This document shows, in pieces, positions 51,101-64,000 of a DNA stretch of 64,000 nucleotides. The first letter of the stretch is position 1, and every line of letters begins with the position of its first letter. Position numbers and translations under genes: made by a program. Below the pieces are notes generated by a model that searched no databases, had not been told where the DNA came from, and worked only from the letters and a program-made list of their open reading frames with translations. The stretch is from Squalus acanthias (lineage: Eukaryota): positions 8,990,001-9,054,000 of the forward strand of contig CM059452.1 of NCBI GenBank assembly GCA_030390025.1, in the 5' to 3' direction.

Positions 51101-52682
51101 ATTGAAAATAAGGAGATGGCAGTTGAATTGAACCGGTATTTTGAATCGGTCTTCACTATAGAGGATACAAATAACATCCCAGAAATAGCTGTAAATCAGG
51201 AAATGGAAGGGAGGGAAGAACTCAAGAAAATTATAATCACCAGGGAAGTGGTAATGAGCAAATAATTGGAGCTGCGGGCTGACAAGTCCCCGGGTCCTGA
51301 TGGACTTCATCCTAGGGTCTTAAAAGAAATGGCTAGTGAGATAGTTGATGCGTTGGTTTTAATTTTCCAAAATTCCCTAGATTTGGGGAAGGTTCCATTA
51401 GATTTGAAAATAGCGAATGCAACTCCTTTATTCAAAAAGTGGGGGGGGAGACAGAAAGCAGGAAACTATAGGCCAGTTAGCTTAACATCTGTCATAGGGA
51501 AGATGTTAGAAGCTATTATTAAAGACGTTATAGCAAGGCACTTAGAAAAGTTCAAAGTAATCAGGCAGAGTCAACATGGTTTGGTGCAAGGGAAATCTTG
51601 TTTAACCAATTTATTGGAGTTCTTTGAGGAAGTAACATGTGCTGTGGATAAAAGGGAACCGGTGGATGTACTGTACTTAGATTTCCAGAAGGCGTTTGAT
51701 AAGGTGCCACATCAAAGGTTATTGCGGAAAATAAAAGCTCATGGTGTAGGGGGTAACATATTGGCATGGATAGAAGATTGGCCAGCTAACAGGAAACAGA
51801 GAGTAGGCATAAATGGGTCATTTTCTGATTGGCAAGATGTAACGAGTGGTGTGCCACAGGAATCAGTGCTGGGGCCTCAACTTTTTACAATTTATATGAA
51901 TGACTTGGATGAAGGGACCGAAGGTATGGTTGCTAAATTTGCTGATGAGGTGGGAAAGTAAATTGTGAAGCAGACATAAGGAGGCTACAAAGGGATATAG
52001 ATAGGTTAAGTGAGTGGGCGAAGATCTGGCAAATGGAGTATAATGTGGGAAAATGTGAAGTTGTCCATTTTGGCAGGAAGAATAAAAAAGAAGCATATTA
52101 TCTAAATGGTGAGAGATTGCAGAGCTCTGAGATGCAGAGGGATCTGGGTGTCCTAGTGCATGAATCGCAAAAGGTTACTATGCAGGTACAGCAAGGAATT
52201 AGGAAAGCTAATAGAATGTTATCGTTTATTGCAAGAGGAATTTAATACAAAAGTAGGGAGGTTATGCTTCAGTTATACAGGGCATTGGTGAGACCACATA
52301 TGGAGTACTGTGCACAGTACACAGTATTGGTCTCCTTATTTAAGAAAGGACGTAAATGCGTTGGAAGCAGTTCAGAGAAGGTTTACTAGACTAATACCTG
52401 GAATGGGCGGGTTGTCTTATTAGGAAAGGTTGGACAGGCTAGGCTTGTATCCGCTGGAGTTTAGAAGAGTAAGAGGTGACTTGATTGAAACATATAAGAT
52501 CCTGAGGGGTCTGGACAGGGTGGATGTGGAGAGGATGTTTCCTCTTGTGGGAGAATCTAGAACTAGGGTAACTGTTTAAAAATAAGGGGTCGCCCATTTA
52601 AGAGAGAGATGAGGAGAAATGTTTTCTCACAGAGGGCCGTGAGTCTTTGGGACTCTCTTCATCAGAGGGCGGTGGAAGCAGA
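48167..52682 (+). mobile_element. Degenerate near full-length CR1 (its 5' UTR unit of about 310 bp is also present at 44450-44760)
   Basis: ORF1 CCDCSMW...HVGTND and ORF2 fragments with EN/RT motifs. The 3' end is cut off by duplication copy B. Confidence 0.9.
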
Positions 52683-54149
52683 GACTGTCTCTTTTGTGGG
52701 AATTGAAGTCACACGTCACACCACAATAGGCGACTGTACCACATGGTTGACTGTACATCACACAAATATGGCCGAATGTACGTCACAAAATTTTGGCCGA
52801 CTGTACATCACAAAACTTTGGCCGACTGTACATCACACAAACATGGCCACCGCCAGTTTGCCCTGCAGCAGATGACGACAAAATGCGTTCCAAACGTCAC
52901 AGCACCGTGATTGGCTGTTTTCCACATTCATTCAGTGTCAGAGGTCACGGGCAGTCTCTTTTCGCCGCTCAGCGTTAAAGATTCTCCGTGTGTGCAGCCT
53001 CTGACCCCGACTCACAACTGTGACCCCGGGGATCAGCTCGGAAAGTCTTCAATGGGCTCTGCACCGCCCGAGATTCCCTGAGCCTGTGGACAAGTCATGA
53101 GACGGGAGACACAGCGAGAGCAGCTAAAGATATTTGTCGCTTGGAGGGGAGGGAGATAGATTGGGGCAGAGACAGTTTAAGCAGCAACTCAAACCATTGC
53201 CAAACTTCCTTCCCAGCCCTTCAGAAGGGCCGCCTAATTCTTCCGTCCCTCAACCCGGTCTGATATTCAGCCACAGGAGACCTCGCGCCTGAACTCCAGG
53301 AGTTCAGAGCGAAAGCAGCGCCGCATCAGAAGGAACATTCCTGACTCGGGTCGGGCCAGAAACCTCTGGAGAAGTTTCCGTGGCCGGGAGGCACCGAAAG
53401 AATCCGAGGATCCGGTGAAGGATGGCGCAAAACTGCAGGGAAACAGGGAGCGGAGAAGGTCACTGGCGGATCCCTGGGGTGATGTTCAGTGAGTTCATGG
53501 AGATGGTATCAGAGGAAATGGAGCAGAGCAGGGAGAAACGCTGTCAGGGATACAGGAGACAGAAGGTCCGGGTAAATTGGTCTGTGTGAACCATTTGGAC
53601 TCGGGTCCCCTTTAAAGGAGCTAATCCAAAACAAAAAATACATTATATGCTGCCCTCCCTGGGAGAAGAGCTGCACTCACACACTTGGCCTGAACAAAAC
53701 CAGAATGATATTCCATCAGAATTTGATTTTGCCCGGCTATCACACAACCTGTATCCAGCGGTGTCCACTGGGCGCAGAAGGTGCCAAATATACCGTGGGA
53801 TCCCTTATCACGTCTCCTTCAAATACAATCTCTCCTTCTTTCCTCTCTGCCTTTGGTATCTGTGTGCGTATATAACAGAACAGGTGGAGGGAAAGAGAGT
53901 GTGTGTAACAAAAAATTTGGAGCGTCTGTGTATATAACAGAAAATCTGGAGAGGGAATCTGTGTGTGTGGAACAGAAGAGCTGGAGAGAGAGTTAGTCTG
54001 TGTGTATAACAGAAAAAGTGAAGAGAGTTTATGTGTGTGTATAAAAGAAAAGCTGGAGAGAGAGCCTCTGTGTCGGATAAGCCCTAGACTCTTCGAATCA
54101 TTTCCAGGGTTTGTGATCCCCAGTGTGACTGTGTCAGATATCTAACAAG

Positions 54150-55462
54150 TGTGTACCTGCCCTGGGAGAGTTTGATGGGTCAGTGTAGAGGGAGCTTTAC
54201 TCTGTATCTAACCCGTGCTGTACCTGCCCTGGGAGTGTTTGATGGGACAGTGTAGAGAGAGCTTTACTCTGTATCTAACCCGTGCTGTACCTGCCTTGGG
54301 AGTGTTTGATGGGACAGTGTAGAGGGAGCTTTACTTTGTATCTAACCCGTGCTGTACCTGCACTGGGCGTGTTTGATGGGACAGTGTAGAGGGAGCTTTC
54401 CTCTGTATCTAACCCGTGCTGTACCTGCACTGGGCGTGATTGATGGGACAGTGTAGTGGGAGCTTTCCTCTGTATCTAACCCGTGCTGTACCTGTCCTGG
54501 GAGTGTTTGATGGGAAAATGTACAGGGAGCTTTCCTCTGTATCTAACCCGTGCTGTACCTGCTCTGGGAGTGTTTGATGGGACAGTGCAGAGGGAGCTTT
54601 ACTCTGTATCTAACCCGTGCTGTACCTGCCCTGGGAGTGTTTGATGGGACAGTGTCGAGGTAGCTTTACTCTGTATCTAGCCCGTGCTGTACCTGCCCTG
54701 GGAGTGTTTGATGGGACAGTGTAGAGGGAGCTTTACTCTGTATCTAACCCGTGCTGTACCTGCCCTGGGAGTGTTTAATGGGACAGTTTAGAGGGAGCTT
54801 TACTCTGTATCTAACCCGTGCTGTACCTGCCCTGTGAATGTTTGATCGGACAGTGTAGAGAGAGCTTTAGTCTGTATCTAACCCGTGCTGTACCTGCCCT
54901 GGGTGTGTTTGATGGGACAGTGTAGAGGAAGCTTTACTCTGTACCGAACCAGTGCTGTACCTGCCCTGGGAGTGTTTGATGGGACAGTGTAGAGGGAGCT
55001 TTACTCTGTATCTAACCCGTGCCGTACCTGTCCTGGGAGTGTTTAATGGGACGGTGTAGAGGGAGCTTTACTCTGTATCTAACCCGTGCTGTACCTGCCC
55101 TGGGATTGTTTGATGGGAGAGTGTAGTGGGAGATTTACTCTGTATCTAACCCGTGCTTTAACTGCCCAGGGAGTGTTTCACGGGACAGTGTAGAGGGAGC
55201 TTTACTCTGTATGTAACACTTGCTGTACCTGCCCTGGGAATGTTTGATGGGACAGTGTAGAGGGAGCTTTACTCTGCACCTAACCCGTGCCCTACCTGCC
55301 CTGGGAGTGTTTGACGGGACAGTGTAGTGGGAGCTTTACTCTGTGTCGAACCCGTGCTGCACCTGCCCTGGAAGTGTTTGATGGGAGAGTGCAGAGGGAG
55401 CTTTACTCTGTATCTAACCCGTTCTGTACCTGCCCTGGGAGTGTTTGATGGGACAGTGTAGA
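54150..55462. repeat. 67-bp tandem repeat (continues at 58120-58270)
   Basis: Same unit as 22890-23672. Confidence 0.93.
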
Positions 55463-55464
55463 CA

Positions 55465-58115
55465 GAGATTTAGAGTCATAGAGTCAGAAAGAGTCAGAGA
55501 GTTATACAGCACAGAAAGAGGCCCTTCGGCCCATCGTGTCTGCGCCGGCCGTCAAGCCCGGTCTACTCTAATCAACATTTTCCAGCACTTGGTCCGTAGC
55601 CTTGTATGCTATGGCGTTTCAAGTGATCATCTAAATGCTTCTTGAATGTTGTGAGGGTTCCTGCCTCTACCACCCTTTCAGGCAGTGAGTTCCAGATTCC
55701 AACCACCCTCTGGGTGTAAAAGTTTTCCCTCAAATCCCCTCTAAACCTCCTGCCCCTTACCTTGAAACTATGCCCCCTGGTTATTGACCCCTCTACTAAG
55801 GGGAAAAGTTCCTTTCTATCTACCCTATCTAGGCCCCTCATAATTTTGTACACCTTGATCAGGTACCTTCTCAGCCTTCTCTGCGCTAAGCAAAACAACC
55901 CCAGCCTGTCCAGTCTCTCTTCATAGCTGAAGCGCTGCAGCCCAGGTAACATCCTGGTGAATCTCCTCTGCACCCTCTCCAATGCAATCACATCCTTCCT
56001 ATAGTGTGGCGACCAGAACTGTACACAGTATTCCAGCTGTGGCCTAATTAGCGTTTTGTACAGCTCCATCATAACCTCCCTGCACTTATATTCTATGCCT
56101 CGGTTAATGAAGGCAAGTATCCCATATGCCTTTTTAACCACCTTATCTGCCTGTCCTGCTGCCTTCCGGTATCTATGTACATGCACACCAAGGTCCCTTT
56201 GATCCTCTGTCCTTCCTTGGGTCCTACCATTCATTGTGCATTCCCTTGCCTTGTTAGTCCTCCCAAAATGCATCACCTCACACTTTTCAGGGTTAAATTC
56301 CATTTGCCACTGTTCTGCCCATCTGACCAACCCGTCTATATCGTCATGTAGCCTGAGGCTTCTCTCCTCGCTATTTACCACCCCACCAATTTTCGTGTCA
56401 TCTGCTAACTTACTGATCATACCTCCTACATTCATATCTAAATCATTAATGTACACTACAAACAGCAAAGGACCCAGCACCGATCGCTGCGGTACACCAC
56501 TGGACACAGGCTTCCAGTCACAAAACAACCTTGGACTATCACCCTCTGCCTCCTGCCACTAAGCCAATTTTGGATCCAATGTGCCAAGTTGCCCTGGATG
56601 CCATGGGTTCTTACCTTCTTGACCAGTCTCCCATGCGGGACTTTGTCAAAAGCCTTACTGAAGTCCATGTAGACCACATCAACTGCACTACCCTCATCCA
56701 CACACCTAGTCACACCCTCGAAAAATTCAATCAAATTGGTCAGACATGATCTCCCCCTGACAAAGCCATGCTGACTATCCTTGATTAATTCTTGCCTCTC
56801 CAAGTGGAGACTAATTCTGTCCCTCAGAATTTTTTCCAAAAATTTCCCTACCACTGATGTTCGGCTCACTGGCCTGTAATTCCCTCGTTTATCCCTACTA
56901 CCCTTCTTGAATAATGGTACTACGTTAACTGTTCTCCAGTCCTCTGGAACCTCCCCTGTGGCCAGAGAGGTTTTAAAAATTTGTGTCAGAGCCCCTGGAA
57001 TCTCCTTCCTTGCCTCACACAGCAGCCTGGGATACATCTCGTCTGGGCTTGGGGATTTATCCACTTTTAAGCCCACTAAAACCGCTAGTACCTTCTCCAT
57101 CTCAATACTAATTTATTCAAGTATATCAGAATCCCCCTGCCTGATTTCTATGCCTACATCGTCCTTCTCCATAGTGAACACAGATGCAAAATATTCATTT
57201 AAAACCCCACCTACATCTTCTGGCTCTACACACAGATTGCCACTTTGGTCCCTAATGGGCCCTACTCTTTCCCTGGTTATCCTCTTGCCCATAATATACT
57301 GATAAAACACCTTGGGATTTTCCTTTATTTTGCCCGCCAGTGTTATTCCATGCCCCCTCTTCGCTCTCCTAATTTATTTTTAAGTATCCCCCTGCACTTT
57401 CTATTCTCCTCTGTTTTTAGTCCTTTGTATCTGCCAAAAGCCTCCCTTTTTTCCTAATCCATTCTCGTATATCCCTTGACATCCAGGATTCCCTGGGCTT
57501 GTTGGTCCCACGCTTGACCTTTACGGAACATGTCGCCGTTGAACTCTCTCTATTTCCTTTCTGAAAGATTCCCACTGCTCTGATGTGGATTTTCCTACAA
57601 GTAGCTGATCCCAGTCCACTTTGGCCAGATCCTGCCTTAACATATTAAAATCGGCCTTCCCCCAATTTAGAACCTTTATTTCCGGTCCATCTTTGTCCTT
57701 TTCCATGACTACCTTAAATCTCACCGAATTATGGTCACTGTCATCAAAATGCTCTCCTACTAACACTTCTACCACTTGCCCGGCTACATTCCCTAGAATT
57801 AGGTCCAGTACCGTCCCCTCTCTTGTAGGACTTTCTACATGCTGGCTCAAAAAGCTCTCCTGGATGCACTTTAAGAATTCCGCACCCTCTAAACCATTCA
57901 CACTCTGACTACCACAGTTAATATTGGGAAAGTTGAAATCCCCTACTATTATTACCCTATTATTTCTACACTTCTCTGAGATTTGCCTGCATATCTGTTC
58001 CTCTATCTCCCCCTGACTGTTTGGGGGCCTATAGTACACTCCCAGCAAAGTGCTTGCCCCCTTTTTGTTTTTAAGTTCTACCCATATGGCCTCATCAGAG
58101 GAACCTGCTCAGATA
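55465..58115 (-). mobile_element. 5'-truncated CR1 LINE (same family as 32580-36760)
   Basis: ORFs with [23 protein letters not shown] and ADDT motifs. Confidence 0.92.
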
Positions 58116-59086
58116 TCAACCCTTTACTCTGTGTGGAACCCGTTCTGTACCTGTCCTCAGAGTGTTTGATGGAACAGTGTAGTGGGAGCTTTACTCTATA
58201 TCTAACCCGTGCTGTACCTGCCCTGGGTGTGTTTGATGGGACAGTGTAGAGGGAGATTTACTCTGCCGTGTGCTGTACTCTATTAGTCCGTGATGAAGCA
58301 GAGCCCTGCTCTTTATTAGAACCTGGCATGTGACTTTTACAGACCATAATATTAGAGGGGACTGCGTGTTGCGCCCGGTCGCTGTGCAGTCATTCCGCCT
58401 CTGAGCCTTGACATAAAAAGGCAGGGGTGAAGGTGTTTTTACTCTGATAGGGCACTGGGTGGCGCAGTGGCTCATTAACCGGAGGGACTTGGGTTCAAAC
58501 ACAACCCAGACAGGACGGGTGAAAAATACCTGTCTGAGAAATAAAACAAAGTGTGATAGGGAAAATGGAGCGGTGTGGAGGAGCCTTGGAGAAAGTAATT
58601 CAGCAAAGTCCAGTTTAGTTCATCTGTCATTCCAGATTTATTAATAATTTCACACAGAACAATTTACAGTGAAGTTTTTAAAAAGTTAGCACAAAGTGAA
58701 TATAACAATTGAGCGTCACTTTGAGACCAGAACACAGGTGTTCTGAGCTGCCAGCTATCTGTGCAACTGTAACAGACACCAGAGAGAAAACAGGGGCTCA
58801 ACATAAAGGGAAGGGAACAATTGTCAATTAGGAACCAGAAAAGTGACATGAAATATTTAAACAACAGTGAAACTCTAAGACACATTTACATTATAGCCAC
58901 GATTATCTCACACATTTCAAACAGAGAAACGGAAATCCCGGTTATGATTTTCTCAGCTACAGATTCGGATCTATTAACTGAAGACATTTGACTCTGAGAA
59001 TCACCAAGAGGACATATTTTATTTTCATGACACAGAGATGTTAATAAACAGATGAGGAAAATCCACGGCGTCCGAAATTCAACCGT

Positions 59087-59363
59087 TCACTTGACCTGTA
59101 AAAGAGGGATAAAAGAATGAAGCAGAGATTTAGTGGTTTGGGGCATTTATCTCAGGGTTTTTATCAATGAAACTTTTAGAGATTTGTCAAACCGCTTCAG
59201 TCAGATCGAAGTGTGAGTGGATTGAATCTTCTCACCTTCACTAGAGTGACGGCAGCGCTGTAGGACATGCTCAGGAAGAACAGGATGATGAATGTGGAAG
59301 CGGTTGTCCAGATGTTGCCGCTCTCTTCCTCATAGTCTTCAATCAAGATGTGGTCTGAGGAAT
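59087..59363 (-). CDS. IGHM: IgM membrane exons TM1 (59363-59236) and TM2 (59095-59087)
   Basis: DSSDHILIEDYEEESGNIWTTASTFIILFFLSMSYSAAVTLVK|VK*. Phase-1 acceptor matches the internal donor in Cmu4. Confidence 0.92.
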
Positions 59364-60024
59364 CTACGGGGATGTAAAGGAGGAAATACATTCAGATTCT
59401 TTATTAATCCAAGATATCATATTATTATTATATATTCTCTTATTTTCCTCAATGTATTAGTTTGTTCTCTAATTTAATTTTCAATGTATGTCTTGTGTTA
59501 AGTTAATCTCTCTCAGCAATCTATCTCTGTTCCTAACTCCACAGTTGCTCTTCCTTTATGATCCTCCTATAGTCCGTGTTGGAAAAAACAACAGTTTTTT
59601 CTTCAATGTCACACGCTAATTGATTTTGCATCAATTTTGTACAATCTATCATTTGGGAATAATATGATGAAATATCGAGGGAGGTTTACTGATTGATATC
59701 GATTATTTTAACGATAGGTTTAGATAGCTACTTATTTGGAGACTGTCAAGGGGGCTGGGTAAGAGATCAGATGTGAGTTATGATCTTGTTTATTTATTTG
59801 TTATGGCAATGCTCTGAACATAATTAACTTGTATCAGTTTCCAACAAGAAGAGTGATTTAGTGTATGTGTAGGACCAGAATAGAGAAATGTGAGATGTTA
59901 TGGTATCAAGAATTATTCATTCAGAACAATCGTTGGAAACTGTGTTCGTTCAAAAGGTGCGTTTTAATACTACATTCGTCTATAGCCTGAGTTTTTTTTG
60001 CGTATTCGTGTTTGCGTATGTGTA

Positions 60025-60790
60025 TCTGACAATCTCTTGTTTTGTTTTAGTCTGTGTTTGTGTGTTAATGTGTGTGTTGCTGTGTAAGTGTGTGTGTGTG
60101 TGTGTTTTTGTGTATTGTGTGTGTGTTGATGTGTAAGTTTGCGTGTTTGTGTAATTCTATATATGTGTATTTATGTGTAAGTGTGTGATTATGTGTAAGT
60201 GTGCGTGTATTTTTGTCAGTTTGTATATGTTTATGTGTAAGTCTTTGGTATAAGTGTGTGTGTTTATTTGTAATTGTGTGTGTGTGTTTGTGTGTAAGTT
60301 TATTTGTAAGTGTGTTTATGTTTAAATGTGTGTTAGTTTGTGTGTATGTGCGTCCATGTGTGTGCTTATGTTTATGTTTATGGTTATGTGTAAGTGTTTG
60401 TGTATGTTCAGGTGTAAGCGTGTGTGTGTTTCTGTGTAATTGTGTGTGTTTGTGTGTGTGTGTTTGTATGTGTGCGTTTGTGTTCATGTGTGAGTTTATG
60501 GGTGTGTAAGTGTGTGTGTGTTAATGCATGTGTTTGTGTGTGTTTTGTTTAAGGGTGTGCGCGTGTGTATTTCCGGTACTGTTCAAAGTTTCAGAGAGTA
60601 CCAATAACTGGGTCTGACAATGACGGTGTGTGTTATATTCTGGGTATGTGTAATATTCTATATCAATGTGTTAATGCGTGTGTTTATGTGTAAGTCTGTG
60701 TGTGTTTATGTGTAAGTGTGCACTTACACAAAACACACACACTTACACAAAATCGCAAAAGCACTTACACATAAACACAGACACACTCAC
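60025..60790. repeat. (TG)/(CA)-rich low-complexity region
   Basis: Degenerate TG microsatellite. Confidence 0.9.
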
Positions 60791-61104
60791 TTTACCCGCA
60801 TTCTTCCCCGCTCTGTGTAAATGTGTTCTATGTGAGACGCAATGTGACGTCACCTGATGGGCCTCAGAATCTTCAGGGACATGAGAAACCCGCAGAGGAT
60901 TCAATCACCAGTTCAAATTTGGACTATTAAAATTCAATCTGTTAGTTTATGAATAACAGGGACAGATTTACCCCAAACTCTAGTTAAAGATAAGTTGTTG
61001 AATAAATATTTATTTTACAATATGATTTTAACGTTTTTAGACTGTGAGTTAAAGCTGACTTTTTACTGATGGCAGCTGAGTTCATATAATAGAGATTGGT
61101 TCAC

Positions 61105-61935
61105 CTTCCCTCTCTCTGGTGGGGGAGTGGGATACAGTGGGTTAACAATTGCCCTTTCCCCTCTCACTGGTAGGGGAGTGGGGGGTACAGTGGGTTAACA
61201 ATTGCCCTTTCCCCTCTCACTGGTAGGGGAGTGGGGGTACAGTGGGTTAACAATTGCCCTTTCCCCTCTCTCTGGTGGGGGAGTGGGGGGTACAGTGGGT
61301 TAACAATTGCCCTTTCCCCTCTCTCTGGTGGGGGAGTGGGAGGACAGTGGGTTAACAATTGCCCTTTCCCCTCCCTCTCTCTGGTGGGGGAGTGGGAGGT
61401 ACAGTGGGTTAACAATTAACCTGCCCATCTCGCTGGTGGGGGAGTGGGAGGTACAAAGGGTTAACAATTAACCTTCCCCTCTCGCTGGTGGGGGAGTGGG
61501 AGGTACAGTGGTTTAACAATTAACCTTCCCCTCTCGCTGGTAGGGGGGTGGGAGGTAGAGTGGGTTAACAAATGCCCTTTCCCTCTCTCTGGTGAGGGAG
61601 TGGGGGGTACAGTGGGTTAACAATTACCCTTTCCCCTCTCTCTGGTGGTGGGGGAGTGGGGGTACAGTGGGTTAACAATTGCCCTTTCCCCTCTCTCTGG
61701 TGGGGGAGTGGGGGTACAGTGGGTTAACAATTGCCCTTTCCCCTCTCTCTGGTGGTGGGGGAGTGGGGGGTACAGGGGGTTAATAATTGCCCTTTCCCCT
61801 CTCTCTGGTGGGGGAGTGGGGGGTACAGTGTGTTAACAATTGCCCTTTCCCCTCTCTCTGGTGGGGGAGTGGGGGGTACAGTGTGTTAACAATTGCCCTT
61901 TCCCCTCTCTCTGGTGGGGGAGTGGGGGTACAGTT
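61105..61935. repeat. About 55-bp G-run minisatellite in the IgM secretory-to-TM intron
   Basis: Unit GGTGGGGGAGTGGGGGGTACAGTGGGTTAACAATTGCCCTTTCCCCTCTCTCT, about 15 copies. Confidence 0.9.
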
Positions 61936-62320
61936 CGTGTTCGTGTGTGGCCTTATTTCAGATCCCAGAGGTTGCGATGCTGCAAAATAAAACCAGCCCC
62001 AATTGTGAAGGGATGGACAACACGAGAAACAGGGACACCGAGATCTAAATATGCTGCCTTTGTTTGTCTGAAATTGGAACTTTTTGATTCACCCAGCGGG
62101 AGGAAAGTTGCTTAAGTGACTTTGAGAAATCCTGTCATGAAAGAGCCTCAGTCTGTCTCTAACCCGTGGTGTATCTGAACTGGTACCGCTGGCTGTACAA
62201 GCCTTGGGCCCGAGACCGGCCAATATCCTGCTTCAGATAAGCAGCCCTCCCCTTTTCAAAAATGGGAAACAAAATTAATCGAGCGGCTGTGTGTTTAACT
62301 GACGATTGGAAGAAAAGGCC

Positions 62321-62335
62321 TTTATTGGTTTTATT
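62321..62335 (-). terminator. Secretory-form polyadenylation signals
   Basis: Two AATAAA on the minus strand about 30-40 nt after the Cmu4 secretory stop. Confidence 0.75.
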
Positions 62336-62363
62336 CAAGAACTGAAATGCAATCCAGTGATTC

Positions 62364-62755
62364 TCATTGACAAGAATTCACGGTGTCCATCAGAACAAGG
62401 GAAATGTTCACAAAACTGGGTTTACCGCTGGATTTATTAACCGGTCTGTTGATGATCTTCAAGGGGGTCGCTTCATGTCCCACCACACAGGAGTAAGAAG
62501 CGCTGCTGGCCCACTCCTCCGCTGCAATGGATAACAGGCTGTACATGAAGAAGGAACTGCTGCCGTTCTCCGCCATCACCTCGGTGTTCTTGTCGTTGCC
62601 GGAATTCACCGGCTTGTCATTGAGGGTCCACTTGACGAAGATCTCTCGGGGGGAGAAACCTCTCACTAAGCAGGTGAGGGTGACGAACCTCTGAGCGGAG
62701 ACTTCTTCTGCCGGGGGCAGGAGGACAGACACGGACGGTTCCCGCGGATCTTTAA
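62364..62755 (-). CDS. IGHM: IgM heavy chain Cmu4 exon with secretory tailpiece
   Basis: CTGCAG|TT acceptor. [42 protein letters not shown]...YSCVVGHEA...[26 protein letters not shown] glycosylation site, penultimate Cys, and internal donor G|GTAAAC at 62426/62425. Resembles shark IgM as recalled, not IgNAR. Confidence 0.93.
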
Positions 62756-64000
62756 CTGCAGAACATTTACAATAAAGGTCAATAAACTGGAGAATTCCAG
62801 AGAAAATGAAACCGGCGGTGAGATGTGAGAGAAATGTGCTTTGCGCTGAATTTTAAAGGAATACCTTTCCCCTCTGTGGCGTGTGCGGTTTTCCAGCCCG
62901 GAGCTTGAAGAGTTGGCCTGGAAAATTATATAGAATTTACATCACAGAAACAGACCATTCGGCCCAACTGGTCAATGCCGCTGTTTATACTACACACGAG
63001 CCTCCTCCCACCTTCCTTCATCTAACCCTAATAACATATCCTTCTATTCCTTTTCCCCTGATGTACTTATCCAGCTTCCCCTTCAGTGCATCATTTCGGG
63101 TCCCAGAGTGTTTTGTTAGTGAAGTTAGCAATTAAATTATCAGAACAGTCACACAACTCCTACAGCTAGATCTACTGGTTGTTTTACCTTTAAAACGTGT
63201 TTACAGCGTCTTTATAGAGCATGACCCCGAATTATAAAGTAATACATCTTTACAGCCCAGAAGTAGTCTATTCGGCCAATCTCGCCTCTAAAAGATCTCT
63301 CCACCAATCTCGTGCTCCTTCTAATTCCCAATCTTCTTCTCAAATGTTCAATTTTATCGAGCTATTATGGATTCTGTATGCAGCCGTCTTTCTGATAGGA
63401 CATCCCATGTCCTAACAACCTCATGGGTAGAAAAGTAAAGTAATACCCTCTCCCTTCATTCTGTTGCAGCTGATTTTAATTAGTGCCATTTACTCACCAA
63501 CTCACCGACCCGGGAAATATGTTTCCCGAACCCCTTCATAAAACCCTTCATAATTCCAAAACCCCTCTATCAGACCTTATCGAAATCGTCTTTGTTCCCA
63601 TGACAATAAAGGACGCTTACAATAAAAGGTTGAGGTCTCCTTTAAAATATGAACTGAACAATGTAGCGCACGGATTTGAAAAGGGAACTTTTGCACAGCC
63701 TGGTTTCTAAGATTCAAGCTTAAGATGAATCGGGATTGATTCGACTCTCTCTCTTTCCTTCTCAGAATTGGAGGGAGAGCGATGCAGTGTGACTTGTGCT
63801 CTGTCCCGTTCTGCTGAATGGATGTCTCCTGACTATCCTCCTCCCACTCACTCAATTAAATAATCCGAATTAAATACGATTCCCAAAGCCGGTTATATGG
63901 AACGATGCTCTTTAAATGGTCCATTTCATTTTCCAAATTACTTTCCAACCTCCCACCAGTGAGAACAGGCGCTGCTTTCTGGGTCGTTACAGTCACTTCT

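Larger units (their letters stand above)
52683..60023. repeat. Segmental duplication, copy B (paralog of 20983-25435), with an extra CR1 insertion
   Basis: Colinear with copy A apart from repeat-length changes and the 55465-58115 insert. Confidence 0.9.

Noticed and set aside
61105-61935. G-run repeat as an Ig switch region
   Set aside because: It lies 3' of Cmu4, lacks AGCT/WGCW density, and sharks are not known to have switch regions.

Overview
This is eukaryotic DNA from a cartilaginous fish (shark/ray-type CR1, L2 and RTE LINEs; shark-type IgM exons). It is part of a TCR alpha/delta V-segment array interleaved with IgM heavy-chain exons. 1-20 kb holds two intact-looking TRAV/TRDV segments with 23-RSSs, five V pseudogenes in mixed orientation, an orphan leader and a cluster of CTCF motifs. 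The centre, on the minus strand, is a NAR-TCR cassette. Its NAR-type V is already joined in frame to a D-like junction and a J with the leader intron retained (apparent germline-joined VDJ, 42247-42798). It is splice-compatible with a leaderless supporting Vdelta (38746-39042), and the two carry complementary extra cysteines. The supporting Vdelta 23-RSS has been amplified into about 23 tandem 60-bp copies (37351-38745). The cassette lies between the 3' end of an IgM gene (Cmu4 with secretory tail, TM1, TM2; 59087-62755) and a duplicated orphan IgM TM1/TM2 cassette (24502-24777). The rest is nested CR1 LINEs and minisatellites. All calls come from reading the sequence; no searches were run.
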